Part shown: one piece after another, positions 37,321 to 50,991 of the stretch
Layout of the letters: the number at the start of each line of letters is the position of its first letter
How positions within the stretch are numbered: the first letter of the stretch is position 1
Source of the DNA: Podarcis bocagei
Taxonomy: Eukaryota
DNA length: 64,000 bases
Assembly (NCBI GenBank): GCA_964188305.1
Contig: OZ076888.1
Direction: 5' to 3' (one strand)
Notes under the pieces: model-generated
Told to the model about the DNA's origin: nothing
Databases searched by the model: none
What the model saw: the letters and a program-made list of their open reading frames with translations, nothing else
Made by a program: the position numbers and the translations under genes

Positions 37321-39560
37321 GTATGCTCTATCTCTTACACACTAAAGTGGCATTTAATACTGATCTGCCAGTTTATATATCAGCATTTCAGAGAGAGGTT
37401 TGCCTTTTCCCTTTAATTATTTGCATTATTTGTATGTTTTCGTTGATTGCTTGCATTAATGGATTGCTCTTACCAAAATATATATCTGAATAGTAAATCT
37501 CCTCTAAGCCTGCAATATTTATTAAATAACGGGCTTCTATTAGTTATGTTAAATAAATTTAACATCTCCTTCCTTCTGTATTCCTTGAATATCACTTGTT
37601 TATGAAGGCTTTTGTAGAAAGAGGGAACCTCTTTTATACCAGGGTAAATACCAGCATGTGTGAAGTAGAAATACATAACAGTGGTTGTTATACTTGTAAA
37701 TTTTTTGAAGATTGATTTTTCTCTTTTGAACTTTTCAATGTCATTTCATACAACTACAAAATATGAAATTATAAGATTGAAGAGCTTCTGAAGGTTTTGG
37801 ATTTTTATATCTCAGAATAATATATATAATCTAAATCTAAATCTAAATCATGATGATGTTTGTAACCTATCCATCCGATTGGGTTGCGCTGGCCACTCTG
37901 GGCAGCTTCAAGCATATTCCAAACCGCAATAAAACAGTATCTCATACAAACAGGCCACCATCTTGCTTGGTTAATTAAAAACTAGTTGGAAGTCTGGGAG
38001 TGAGGGACCAAGACCCCCAATTTCAGCAGGTGCCAATGTCCTCAGCCTAAGGGAATTTGTATCACAGGTCATAGGCTGGTCAACTCGGGAGCAGAAATTG
38101 GTTGCAGGCTGTGCAGCCATCTATTCTGCTAAGGCCAATTGTGTTGCCACAGTAAGTTACTTTATGGATTGAGAGGCAATAGGCATGCTTGAGTGAGGAA
38201 AGCAAGTTTTATTAAAGCACAAAAAGCATATAACTGAAGAATGCACACTTAATGGATCACAGTTTCAACAGACTATATAAGGCATATTACTGATAGCTAA
38301 GCAGAGCTAAAAATCTATAATAGTGTATCTCATGCCCTTTCTGCTGCTGGGGAAATCCTTGCACTCACAGAAAATTCTCCATGTTGGATTCCACCCAGTG
38401 TCACAATCCTATGTTTCTGAACATCAAAGTCAAAAGCACAAAAAATAGGGGTAGAAGCAAAAGCTAACAACAATATTGTGATCCACTCCCACAGAGTGCT
38501 TAGCAACTGCTCCACCTACTAATTATGGTGGCATTTGCTGGTGATACATCCACATTAGCCATGCATGAAAGACACCAATAAGCAAAGAGCAGTGAGTGGA
38601 ATTCCAGGATGATGTTCCACTCACACATACTATCATACACAATGCACAATCATGTTATGAGGAAAAGGCCGTAACATGTCTGTCAGAGCTTCAGTTGGCC
38701 CATTAATTAGGAGATCTGTATGTAATACCTTTATGGAACCATCATCTTCCTTTCCCAAGAAGGATTCAAGTCCTGATGCAATACCAAGGATCCCCACAAA
38801 GACAGCATGAAGAACATTGCATACATCACATTTGTATTGGTATCCATGTGAAGTTGTCCCGAAACAGAGAACACTAAAGATCTGGGATGAAAAGAACTAT
38901 CAATCTGCCCTACTCCACTTTTCTTTTTGTTTTTTATACACACTATATTTAAAGCACATTCAAAGTGCATTCTTATCCTCAAATAATTCTGGGCACTGTT
39001 GTTTAAGTTGGTGGAAATGTAACTCATGAGGTCAACTGCAATGCCCAGAATTATTTGATTGAAAATGTACTTTGAATGTGCTTCCCTGCTATAGTGTGTA
39101 CACAACTTTAGTCTGGCAGCCAGATCCACAGAACATGTGGGGTTTGCTCATCATATGTATGCATGTTCTTCCATGTTGTGAAACTGTCCAGACTGCTGAT
39201 GATTGCAAATGGAAAAGGGCACATGGCTCTTGCACCATTTAATAGTTGTTTAGAAGATACAATTTCAACAGGTGTTTCTTGAATGACAAGCTGTGCCTGC
39301 CTCTGCTCAACTTCCCTCTTCTACACAACTATTAAAGGTGAAGAAGTCCTATCTTCTCTTTCACCTGGCTACTCTGTGTGCAGACAGAACTCTTGGAACA
39401 TTGAATCTGTGTTTAATTTTTATAATACTATTTTACTTTTTAAATGTATCATTGTAGAAGAGATTTCAAAATATTAAGCTGTTTAGAAGTGTTTTTAAGT
39501 AAATATGACACAAGTGAAACAGATTGTTAGTGTTTCTGCAGATGGAAAATGTGTGATAGA

Positions 39561-39907
39561 TAAAGGTAAAGGGACCCCTGACTGTTAGGTCCAGTCGTGG
39601 ACGACTCTGGGGTTGTGGCGCTCATCTCACTTTACTGGCCAAGGGAGCCGGCATACAGCTTCCGGGTCATGTGGCCAGCATGACTAAGCCGCTTCTGGAA
39701 AACCAGAGCAGTGCACAGAAACGGCGTTTACCTTCCTGCCGGAGGGGTACCTATTTATCTACTTGCACTTTGACGTGCTTTTGAACTGCTAGGTTGGCAG
39801 GAGCAGGGACTGAACAATGAGAGCTCACCCCGTTGCGGGGATTCGAACCGCCAACCTTCTGATCGGCAAGCCCTAGGCTCTGTGGTTTAGACCACAGTGC
39901 CACCCGC
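39561..39907 (-). mobile_element. Sauria SINE in SLC18A2 intron (antisense)
   Basis: taaaggtaaagggacccctg ... ggattcgaacc ... cacagtgccacccgc; same family as 18100 and 28058. Confidence 0.9.
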
Positions 39908-40242
39908 ATATGATAGGTGTATCACAGATAGAATTTTGGAACAATGTGGTATCTGAGCTGCAAAGTTGGCTTTCACTTATAGACCACTTGGAGGATTGTA
40001 TCGTGTAACAGCTGTGCAGCTAACTGTGCACAAATAATAGCACTGTGCTATTACCTTGTGCTAATACCATGTGGTATAATAAAGCAGAATTAGACAATTG
40101 TAGCAAGTATATTGTAGCATTGTATCAGAGCATTATGAAGAGAAGTGTGCTGATCCAAAGCCTCCAATCTACCAGAATAATTGGTTGCTTAGGGTGGAAG
40201 TAGCCATTACCCAAAACAGATGCTGCCAAGAAATTAACCAAG

Positions 40243-40420
40243 CTAGTGTGGTGCACCGGTTAATGTGTTGGACTAGGACTTGGGAGATCACCATTCATAT
40301 CCCAGCTCAGCCATAAAGCTTACTGGGTGACCTTGGTCCTATCATAAGGTTGTTGTGAGGATGAAAGGTACATCATATAGTGCATCTTAGAGGAAAGGTG
40401 GGGTATAAATTTAATATAAT
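40243..40420 (+). mobile_element. Old MIR/Ther1/Squam3-like SINE
   Basis: ctagtgtggtgcaccggttaatgtgttggac ... ctgggtgaccttgg ... ggttgttgtgaggat; similar decayed copy at ~27870-28030. Confidence 0.55.
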
Positions 40421-40960
40421 AGATAAAATGAAATCTAAACATAATTTTCTGCCTCTTGTTCCACAATATATGACAGTTGTGGTTGGCATGGTGGGGCCAA
40501 GACACTTACTTGATCTTGAAGGTCTGCTGCTTGCCATGCAAGGTTGGCACAGTGCAAATGCACCAGCAGAGTCAATTTGGTGCTCCTGCTGGTGCACTTG
40601 TACTGCAACGCCTTTCTCAGTGCCTCATCCCACCCTGCCTCTCCTAGTAAGCAGTGGTGACTTGCCTACTGGGAGATCAGGTAAGTGTCTCTACCCCTTG
40701 ACATCATCTGCTAGAAATGTGTGCTGCCCTGCCCTGTTGACAACTAGTGGCATTTAGGACCTAGCAAATGGTCCGATAGCACCTGATGCTTTAGTATTTG
40801 TTACAGCTAAATAGTAAGGCCCAACGGAGAGACCACAGAGAGGTCCAGGTAACTGAATTTTCTAAAGCAGCTTTCTAGTGAAATAAGTCTTTTAATGTAT
40901 GCTAAGATGCAGTAAAGCATAAACATCAAGCCAAAATATTGTGTTGGTTTTGTTTTCCAG

Positions 40961-41019
40961 AATAGGCTATCAGATTCCCATGTTTGCTGGCTTCTGCATC
41001 ATGTTTGTCTCAACAATTA
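40961..41019 (+). CDS. SLC18A2: SLC18A2 coding exon 3
   Basis: ttttccag|...IGYQIPMFAGFCIMFVSTI|gtaagt; 59 nt. Confidence 0.96.
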
Positions 41020-41647
41020 GTAAGTGCTTTTCCTCCCCTGCCTATGTCACCAAAAATTATTTTATTATATACTGGAGATGGAGGGGTGGACGGATAGGAA
41101 ATACACAAATGGGGACACTAGTTTAAAGCATGCATGAGTGTACTGAGAAACTTCCCTGCTTATATTGTTCCATAACAGTATAGTATGGACATGATCATTC
41201 TTTGCTTCAGTTTGGGGGGTGTTGCTTGGTGCCTAAAATATTTGCTTTTCTTGTCCAGTCCAAAATGTTGAATCAGCAGCACTATTTACAACCCAGCACA
41301 GTCAGTGGGAAGAGAAGGCTGCCATTGCCACTTTGCCCGCCTTCCTTTGCTAGTTTACAAGCAGCTGCAGAATAATTAAAAAGGAAACTCTATGCTCTTC
41401 TACTCATCCATCTGAATGTTTCCTTGTGCTGTATCCATGTTCTCATGGAGGCTTGACGTTAGCTTGGCTCTTCCCGTGCTATTTTCAGCAAAGCACTTCT
41501 GCTGGCAAGTGTGAACTGTATCTGGTTTGGGACACTTCCTGTGGTGTTTTTTTATGGTAAATGCATTGTGAAATGCCTTCACAAGATCCTGGATCAATCT
41601 AGTTCAGTTTAATACAGTTGTGTTGGTGTGTTCTGTCTTTTCCACAG

Positions 41648-41731
41648 TGTTTGCCTTTTCAGAAAGCTATAAGTTACTTTTTATAGCAAGATCTCTTCAA
41701 GGAGTCGGATCTTCTTGTTCTTCTGTAGCTG
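41648..41731 (+). CDS. SLC18A2: SLC18A2 coding exon 4
   Basis: tccacag|...[28 protein letters not shown]|gtaggt; 84 nt. Confidence 0.96.
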
Positions 41732-42292
41732 GTAGGTATTCATATGCACTACATGATATAGATTGGTGGTTGCTAGATCTGTCATTTTGAGCAACCAACA
41801 TATTCTTGACTCTGTCGTTTTAGCTAAGTACCTATTTATTTAGTTAAAATAATTTTTCCTTTTCATTTACCGTACTTCCTCTATTTAATCAGATAAATTT
41901 TCTCCATCTAGCTTTTTGCTGTTTACAGATGAGCCGAAATGGTCTAATGACTCCATTATTGTTGCTTTTTAGAAGAATTATTGCATCATTTTCTTTTGCT
42001 TTCAAAGTTTTAAAATTCAGTTTTATAGGTCAGATGATATTAATATATTGCGTGAGGTAGGAAACATTTTACTGCAGGTCGTCTTGGCTCTTGGGATTCC
42101 TTTTCCTTCTCATTTGGGTGTTCTATTTTCAACAAGCTTGCTAAGTTTAGCTTTTTTGTGAACAAATGAAGCATGTTCTTGTGCTTCATATGCACCTTGC
42201 TATTCATATCACTGTGTGATTTCCTGCCTGATTTTCACACTGAGAATAATCATCAGTACTGACTTGTCCTTTTTCGTTTACTGCTTATGCAG

Positions 42293-42385
42293 GTATGGGT
42301 ATGCTGGCCAGTGTGTATACTGATGATGAAGAAAGAGGCAATGCAATGGGGATTGCCTTGGGAGGCATGGCTATGGGGGTATTAG
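42293..42385 (+). CDS. SLC18A2: SLC18A2 coding exon 5
   Basis: tatgcag|...[31 protein letters not shown]|gttagt; 93 nt. Confidence 0.96.
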   Translation, partial: VWVCWPVCILMMKKEAMQWGLPWEAWLWGY

Positions 42386-42965
42386 GTTAGTATGAGGAAA
42401 TTCATTGAAAAAGAATGTGTGGTTTCCAAAAAGAAAAAAGGTCTATCTCTTTCATACACTGATGCCTTTATGTACCTACACTGCAATAAATGCATGTTTT
42501 AAAATGTTCTAATCAACAGCGGCTAATGGGGGTGGTGGGGGTGATGGAGGAGGCAGTCCCTGTCCCAGCAGGGGTAGTGCTGCTGCCATCAGGACACCAC
42601 TGCCTTTGCCTTCTTGTGAGTGACTGCTGTTTCTAACAAATTAGTATGAGTTTCCATATTGGTACAGATTGGAGAAGATATACCTGTGGCGCTGTGTAAT
42701 CTTAATTATTTCTGCTGTATATCATTTAATTGAGTTATTTGCCTCAGGGTTGTTCCTTTCTGCTAAGTGTCAAATATTTCAGTTATTAATATACAGGTAT
42801 CTCTTTGTCCTTCCTCTGTTTCATAAACTCATTTTAGTGACATAGCTAAAATATGCTAGAACAAGATCTGCTTGTTCAGTGCCACTTCCCCTCTCTCCTC
42901 TTCTGTGCCCCTGGAGGAGGGTTGTGTGAACTCCCAAAACAAGTTTGGTGGAGGAGGATGGAATA

Positions 42966-43200
42966 CAGTCGTATCTTGGTTGTTGAATGCCCTGGAACTC
43001 AGACATTTTGGCTCTTGAACGATCAAAACCCAGAAGTGGCTGTTCCAGTTTTCAAACGTTCTTTTGGAAACCAAACGTACGACAGGGTTTCTACAGCTTC
43101 TGATTGGTTGTAGGCGCTTCCTGCAGCCAATCAGAAGCTGCGCTTTGGAAGTCGAACGGACTTCCGGAATGGATTCCATTCGACTTCCAAGGTACAACTG
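42966..43200. mobile_element. Tc1/mariner (Tigger-like) MITE, family C
   Basis: Imperfect TIRs cagtcgtatcttgg / ccaaggtacaactg, TA on both sides, locally CpG-rich interior. Confidence 0.8.
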
Positions 43201-43289
43201 TAGTCCTGTTGCATGAGTGGACCTCATTCATTGTGTACATACCCCACTTAGAACTATGTTGAATTCCACCCTAAGAAATGTGTAAATGA

Positions 43290-43400
<111 letters not shown>

Positions 43401-43505
43401 TAAAATTCCCATATCTATGACATGACCAATAGCTTTGAATTGCGACATTGTCACCTACCTTTATTTTTGAAAAATACCCCAACATTATGATTTCTTTTCC
43501 TGCAG

Positions 43506-43549
43506 CAATACAATTGCTAATTCTGCAACCATCCAGGATACAACCAGAA
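43506..43549 (+). CDS. SLC18A2: SLC18A2 coding exon 7
   Basis: cctgcag|...AIQLLILQPSRIQPE|gtaagt; 44 nt. Confidence 0.95.
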
Positions 43550-43628
43550 GTAAGTAGTTCAACAATTGTGTTTTTTTAATGCTGGTATTACACTTTCCCT
43601 AAAACTGAGGTTATTTATCTGTTGATAG

Positions 43629-43689
43629 AGTCAGAAAGGAGCATCGCTGCTGACACTCTTGAGGGATCCATACATCATAATTGCTGCAG
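43629..43689 (+). CDS. SLC18A2: SLC18A2 coding exon 8
   Basis: gttgatag|SQKGASLLTLLRDPYIIIAA|gtattt; 61 nt; preceded by a 79-nt intron. Confidence 0.95.
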
Positions 43690-46131
43690 GTATTTGCAGT
43701 TATTTCACACTTGCATTTATTTGTTGTGGTCATTTCTGATCTGTATTTGGTAGTCTGTGGGAAGGATCACTTAGTCCGACTAAGGAAGGATCACTTGAGC
43801 TGCACGCACCAGCATGCAGCTTGTGCACATTATGGTTAAAACTATAATGTGAGCAAACAGCCAGTTTTGTTTTCAGGTATTCAGTTGTGATAGAAGGACA
43901 AATCTACTACCTTGTGCTCATAGACATATGAGTTTTTCAGGTGGAGATTATAGTGGAAAGATTACATTAGACATAACATTTTATCTTTGTAAGAACAGTG
44001 CTGAACTATTGCTTCTTGCCCTCAGGATCACAGCACTAGTGAGACCACAATATTGTTTTAGGGATTCTTCATACAGAGTCTAATGCAACTTGGCATATTT
44101 GAACAAAGAATGACAGCAGTGGTCATTTTTTTGCTGAACTGTGTTACAAGAGGAGAGCCTTTTCCCAGGAGAAATAATTTATCTGTGATTTAAAACAAAT
44201 TAGACTTGAATTTTAAAGATAACAAGCTCCTTTACCTGTAAATGGCTGCAGCATGAGTCTGTTGTATTTTTTTATTGTGATCAAAAGGGTATAAACATGT
44301 TTTGAAGGTACATTCAGCACTGAATGTGCTGTTCGACAAAGTGGAGTGGCAGTTTGTAGATTCAGGGCTTCTTTACATAAGACAAACATCCTAGATTTCC
44401 AGGTAGGAAAAATTGCATGAACATAGTGTGTGCATGATGATTCCACACTGCCTGCTTTGTCACATGTACATATTGTAATCCAGAATGATGGTGCATTAGT
44501 ATGATATATTGCTATGGCAAAATAAACCCATGTGCGTTTTGTTGCACACGGCATAGTACATCAAGAATATATCAAATAGTACAAAGTTGAAATTCAGATA
44601 TGTATTGACAAATGCTGTTTAGCCCATGTCCCTTACATGGAATATCACATTTTCTTTTGAATATATTAGATGCACTCAATATATTGGGACATTGTCCTGT
44701 TAAACATTTGATTAGCTGGGATCTGGCATCCTGTTAAATTAGTGGTGACCATTTCATCACAGGCTAAGCAGCAGAGAGTAAGGCAGCCCACATATATGCA
44801 TCATCATATATATAGAATTAGTGTGATCTTTGTCAGCTTTTGATGATGAAGATTAATCCTTAATTAAGATGAATTTGGGTGTGTACTTACAGTACTGACA
44901 ATGGAGTCCTATTCATGTTTTCTGTGGAAGTAAGTCCTCCTGTCTTGAATATGGTTTACTCCCTAGTAAGCATGTTCAGGACTGCATCCTGAATCTGCTT
45001 ATGTTTTGCACGCATGCAAGTTCATAATATACCATATGGTGAATGCCATCCACAAGTATATGCACATGTACCAAAATGTACATTTGAATCCACTCTTAGT
45101 TCTCATTAGCTTTATCTCTCCAGGCAACAATTCTATTTTATTACAAGTGATCAATTCGCTGGAGCCTGTCTTTCCATGCAGGGGAAGTCCCTAACTGCCA
45201 GATGTATCACTCTGATTTCCTTTGGACCACATTAGTGAGGCTGAGAGAGGGGGGTATTGTCATCTGGGCAGCCCAGGACCTCCATACACACTGCCCAGAT
45301 TTGCACCCTGGGAAGGTCACTTTGGTCTGACTTCACCCCTGGAGGTGCACTCCATTGTCTCTTGAGACAAATGGATGGCAACAAGTGATCAACGCTTCAG
45401 TTCCCATAGGGACGAAAGGGACAAAAGGCAATTCAACTAACTAAATGTCCTGGTGGATGGATTAATGTTAGCACAATGAGACTTTCCCCCCTTATCAACC
45501 TCAAGTCTGCTCCAGAGAATTGGTGGGACCCCAATAACAGATTTAGGAGACGCATGAGGGGGAGCATGTTCCATTGCAAATGAGCTGACAAAAAGTTCAC
45601 ATTAGGACTACATTGAATACAGCTGAAAGTCTTCAGTGTTCTTCTTTTATTCTGCTTCAAGTACCTGAGGAATAGGTTTTAAACAAATCTGTGTCCAACA
45701 AAGTAAACTGTTACTGAACAAAATTAGAAGTATATTTTCAGATTACGGTAATTATTTTGTTACAACCGGAGCATGTGAACCAGGTGCAATAGAATTATTG
45801 GCAAATCTCCTATTGATAACTGTGTTGCTCCTACTAGAGTTCACAGTATCATCACATGCTGAAATATTTTGTCTTTCTACTCTGAAATGCAATGAAAATA
45901 GGGAAATCTTTTGGGGGGGTTTTATGGGGGGGGGGTAAACTGGAGTATATATGAAATTACGGATTAAATGACTTTCCTCCCACACTAGTAATTTAGAAGT
46001 AATCAGTGTTGTATTATTTGACAAGCAAGTCTTCAAAAGACGTTTTGTTTCTGTAAGTGTTGCTTTTTCGAGCTGTTGATTGGAATTTAAGTGAAACAAT
46101 TCCAGCAATTTGTTTTCCATCTCTTTCCAAG

Positions 46132-46227
46132 GATCAATATGTTTTTCAAATATGGCAATTGCTATGCTGGAACCAGCTTTGCCCATCTGGATGATGGAGA
46201 CAATGTGTTCGAGAAAATGGCAACTCG
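46132..46227 (+). CDS. SLC18A2: SLC18A2 coding exon 9
   Basis: tttccaag|...[32 protein letters not shown]|gtaaag; 96 nt. Confidence 0.96.
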
Positions 46228-46424
46228 GTAAAGTGTTTTCTTTCATTTATTGTATTTCTGATCCTGAGAATGTTTGTGATTGCCATCTCAGATCATATGA
46301 CAAATGGTAACATTTTTAAAAAAATGTGTCTCTAGACAATTGAGTGAATACTGTAGATTGCTGGTATGCCATTATATAGTTTATATTGCACATAATCAAG
46401 GGACACTTTGGTACCTATTTATTG

Positions 46425-46512
46425 GGGTGGCAGTGGAAGACAGGAGTGCCTGGTGTGCTCTGGGCCATGGGGTCATGAAGAGTCAGACATGACTAAACGA
46501 CTAAACAACAAC
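46425..46512 (+). mobile_element. RTE/BovB-like LINE 3' end
   Basis: ggcagtggaagacaggagtgcctggtgtgctctgggccatggggtcatgaagagtcagacatgactaaacgactaaacaacaac matches the BovB-type terminus with (CAA)n tail. Confidence 0.75.
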
Positions 46513-47649
46513 ATCCTGATTTCAATGAGAGGTTATATGATACTGTCATTGAGGATTCATTTTGGTTGGTTTGTTATGCATTGTTGCATCAAGCAATTGT
46601 TAACCTACACAAAATGTTCCATACCCTTTTATATCTGTGTGTCTTTCTCACTTCCTTTCCCCAAGTAACTCCTTTACATTCCACCTGTTTTTCAGCACAC
46701 CCCACCCCGGTTGTGTCAGCTTTCTGTGTGCGCTGAGCATGTTCATTCTTCATTGGGCTGGTTTATTCCCCTTCCCTACTTTAGTGTTTGTTCCAAAGTT
46801 TTTTTGGGGTTTTTTTGTACTTCTGTAGATCTCTAGATATTCTGTTCTTGTGCATGAGTGATATGGTTTTGGCTACAGAAAGGTGAACCGCTGAAGTCTT
46901 TTGAGTTTGGTGTTGGTATATATGGCATTTTACATTTATCATAACCCAAGTTCAGTATAGGAAAAGAGAATATGCGTGATCAAAGTTATTACATATGTAT
47001 CCTGTCTTTTCTCCAAGAAGCTCAGGGCAATGTGTTGGGAGTTTTACCCATTTCATCCTTATAAATAACCTGTTGTTTTCTGGGGGTGAGGAAGGAGAGG
47101 GGCTGAGCCTCACTGCCATTACATGATGACATGGGACCTCATTGCTGTTCCACCTCCAGGCTGTCAGATGTTTGCCTGCCTTCTGCCCCCTCCCCTTCAC
47201 TCTGGCTGGCATGAGCAGCAGGGCTACAGATGCAATTTGTCCCCTCTGTTTGAATAAATTCTGCCCCTGTCCAGGTCTGGATTGCAGCCTTGGATTGCAA
47301 TACTCTTAATATTAACTCATCTCCTTTTAACACAGTTTATTATTGTGTTTAATTTGGAAGCTACCTTTCTTTTGTTTTATACACACACACACTACTTCAC
47401 TTATGCACAGATACTGGTGTCCAATAGCAAGTATTATTTTTTAAATATAACAATGGTCTAAATTTGATGGATAATCTTGCTAGATCAAACAAAAGGCTTG
47501 AAACAAACCGGATATTAATTTTTTTTTGGTTCAGGCTGAAGACCTTCATTAGATATGTTCTAATCAAAACTGCTGTGTCTGAACTTATTGCTTTCCCCAA
47601 TGCTTCACAGAAACCAATGTTGATAAGATAACCCGTTCATATTTTTCAG

Positions 47650-47728
47650 GCGTTGCTTTTATTCCTGCCAGTGTATCTTATCTGATTGGAACTAATATTT
47701 TTGGGGTCCTTGCACACAAAATGGGACG
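47650..47728 (+). CDS. SLC18A2: SLC18A2 coding exon 10
   Basis: tttttcag|...[27 protein letters not shown]|gtatgc; 79 nt. Confidence 0.96.
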
Positions 47729-47975
47729 GTATGCTGAATTTAAACATTATCTAATTCCTTAACACAGTTGTACAGTATTTTCTATTCTTTCAGTGTTCCT
47801 TCAGGTAGCTGCATTATGAGAAACAAACTGCAGCTTTCATGATAAATAAATTAACCTGCTGCTTTATTTTAAAGTTAATATTTTAGTACTAATTGTAGTA
47901 GAAATGCTGAAGTTAAACACATGTTTAGTGCCTACGTTTCTTGGTGTCTAAAAGATAATGTTTCTTCTTTCATAG

Positions 47976-48027
47976 GTGGCTTTGTGCTCTAATTGGGATG
48001 GTAATAGTGGGAATAAGCATTTTGTGT
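47976..48027 (+). CDS. SLC18A2: SLC18A2 coding exon 11
   Basis: tttcatag|...WLCALIGMVIVGISILC|gtgagt; 52 nt. Confidence 0.95.
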
Positions 48028-48807
48028 GTGAGTAAAAGTTGATACTTTGAAGAGCAAATTCTGTTATTTCTATAATTTCTATAATTTACTGATGGTTCTA
48101 TCCTTTTGGTGTGGGTATTTGTAGATGTAAATTGGGGAAGGGTATTTGGGATTCAGTGATGACACAAACTTTCTTCAGTCTTATTTTGAATGTAATCCCC
48201 TGAAGGGTGCTGTAGCATTCGTACTTTCTTGGTTTCATGCATAAGACTATGGAGAAGAGAGCTGCGGGAAGATTCTATTATATTTGTTTTTTATCTGGGC
48301 TGTCTTTATTTGTTGTTGCACACAGTCTCCTCATTTACAGCAGCGTCACTGTGGCTGATTAGCTTCTTTTAACTTGAACCTAAACTGTTATGGGTTATTA
48401 GATGTTTCATGTTTGATGCTAGTAGGGAGCAATCATATGCTGCTTGGGAGGGCAGCTGAAGGGCCCTAATGAACTGTGGACCTCTGTGGGTGGGTGGAAT
48501 GAATGGTGTGGCATGATGTCCCTGGTGTGGCAGGAAAAAGCTGCCATTGGTGGGGCCAGGATCAGGACACGTTTGGGGAGTGCCACGTGAGGCTGTGAAT
48601 CTTCATGATCCAATTCCCTCTTGTTTCCCCAAAATCCCACTTTTAAAAGGCTCGACTAAACTAGTCCAAAGCTGGAGCTGGCATAGTTAATTCCCTTCCA
48701 TTGCCCATAATATGAAAAGTGCAGGAAAAGGATACCCTGGCCACTGCACCCTTCTCCTTGCACCCTGCCCTTTGATTGCTGTATGTCAGAACTTACTGAC
48801 TACAGAG

Positions 48808-49180
48808 CATAATAATAATAATAATAATATTTTATTATTTATGCCCCGCCCATCTGGCTGGGTTTCCCCAGCCACTCTGGGCGGCTTACAGAATCTATAA
48901 AACATAATAAAGCATCAAACATTAAAAACTTTCCGATACAGGGCTGCCTTCAGGTGTCTTCTAAACATTGTATAGTTCTATTATCTCCTTGACACCTGAA
49001 GGGAGGGTGTTCCACAGGGAGGGCGCCATTACTGAGAAGGCCCTCTGCCTGGTTCCCTGTAACTTCGCTTCTCGCATTAAAGGAACCAGCAGAAGACCCT
49101 TAGAGGAGGACTTCAGTGTCTGGGCTGAGTGATGGGGGTGGAGATGCTCCTTTGGGTATACTGGACCGAGGCTGTTTTCA
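48808..49180 (-). mobile_element. L2-like LINE 3' fragment
   Basis: (aat)n tail then ccccgcccatctggctgggtttccccagccactctgggcggctt ... gggagggtgttccacagg ... actgagaaggccct. Confidence 0.7.
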
Positions 49181-49359
49181 GTGAAAGCAGTATGATAAAC
49201 ATTAGCAGAAATCTAATAGATCAGAAAGCTAATAGATCAGATTAAAGCTAATAGATCAGATGAAAGAAACACTCACCAGTAATTAAATGAAGGTCATATG
49301 ATACAATCTAGTAAGCAGCTTGATGTTTGATTTTGAATGTTTGCTTTTCTTTTTTTCAG

Positions 49360-49423
49360 GTGCCACTTGCTAGAAATATATATGGACTCATAGCACCAAA
49401 TTTTGGGGTTGGTTTTGCCATTG
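49360..49423 (+). CDS. SLC18A2: SLC18A2 coding exon 12
   Basis: ttttttcag|[21 protein letters not shown]|gtaagg; 64 nt. Confidence 0.96.
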
Positions 49424-50859
49424 GTAAGGAAAACACAAAATACTTGTTTCTGTTTTTTGATGTATTCTATTTTTTTTGTGAGTCGCTCAGAGACTCAAGT
49501 AAAACAATAGAAATAACTAACCAATCACATTGGTTCTGCTCTCCAACAAAGACCTGCCCTCCCCCACAAAAATCCTGGCTCCACCCATGCTAATAGGGTT
49601 AAAAAGAATCTGCACTTTAATATATTTGTTAATAGATAGGACCCAGTTTAGATTTCTCTAGATGGGGTGAATGTCCACCTGTGTGATAACTGGGGAGTAG
49701 TAGTCCTGCCAGGTGTGCATTCATGTTCTTGCATTTCAAGTAAGGGCTGGTTCATATGCACCAGGCTAGTGACTGATGGGAAAAGGGAAGGAAGGGGAAA
49801 GTGCTCTGTTAACTTACGGGGATTGCCTCCCATGCTCTGCTGTGTTCTAGAGTTTAATGATTATGTTGCAGCATATCATCCTAAACAGTAAGGCCCATAA
49901 GCAGACTTTCATGTGTGGCTTTGCTTACCAAATTCCGTATGGATGTATGTGCTTAAAAAATCAAGGGAAGCTGTGGACGGTGGATGTGTTGATCCTTTCT
50001 GAATTGGGCCTGCTTGTGTGCATTTCCTAAGAGATGGTTGATTTTGGGGGGATGTTGGCTCTGAATCCAGAACCCTTCCCAGCTTCCACTGCTAATGGGT
50101 GGTCAGCACTGCCACAGCTGACTTTAGCTGCCACTCACAGCAGTGGGTGTGACCCACAGCTACAGGTGAATAATTCTGGCTTGGGCTTTAGCTTCTGGGG
50201 GGCAGGTGGGGGGCGGGTCAGAGAACTTAAAATTCTTTGTAATTTATATGACATAATTTTTCAGATAGTTTTTTTAATGTAAATTCCCTACTGTTCCTTT
50301 CCTTTCAAATAGCAATTTATGTATTGCTTGAAATGCAACAGGTGAACAGATTCAAGTTTAAGTAATTCAACCAGGCATATTAGCAATCTCATCTTATTTC
50401 AAGCAAGTGTGTTTAGACTGTGCTGAGAGTAGTAAAGTCATGTAAGTGTCTTTATTATACAGTGAAGGACAGGTGATGAAATAATTGGATATTTAGAAGT
50501 TTAGCTTCTTTTGAAGGTCTTAAAAATTCTCTGAATATCATGTTTTCCAATTCTGGAGAAAAGGGTCAGAGGGTTGTGCAAGATTATAACGGTATTAGGT
50601 TTTGTGAAGAGGGTGGTTTTGCATTTGCTGGCAGATCTTGTGTTTAGGACAATGGCACCATCTTAAAATGAAAAAAACCTCATACATTCAAAAACGGTAT
50701 AAGGAAAATTGAACACAATATATTGGCCATAAAAATGAGCAAATTATCTCACCATTATGTTTTTTCATATATTCATGCTTTAAAGTAAGTTTTCTAAACT
50801 GTGGAAAGAGGAAAAATGAAAGGTCTTTCTCAAAATAGCATTTGTTTTCTCCCTTATAA

Positions 50860-50991
<132 letters not shown>

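Noticed and set aside
45752-46246. 164-aa minus-strand ORF
   Set aside because: Antisense shadow over an SLC18A2 exon and AT-rich intron, crossing G homopolymers; no coding signature.
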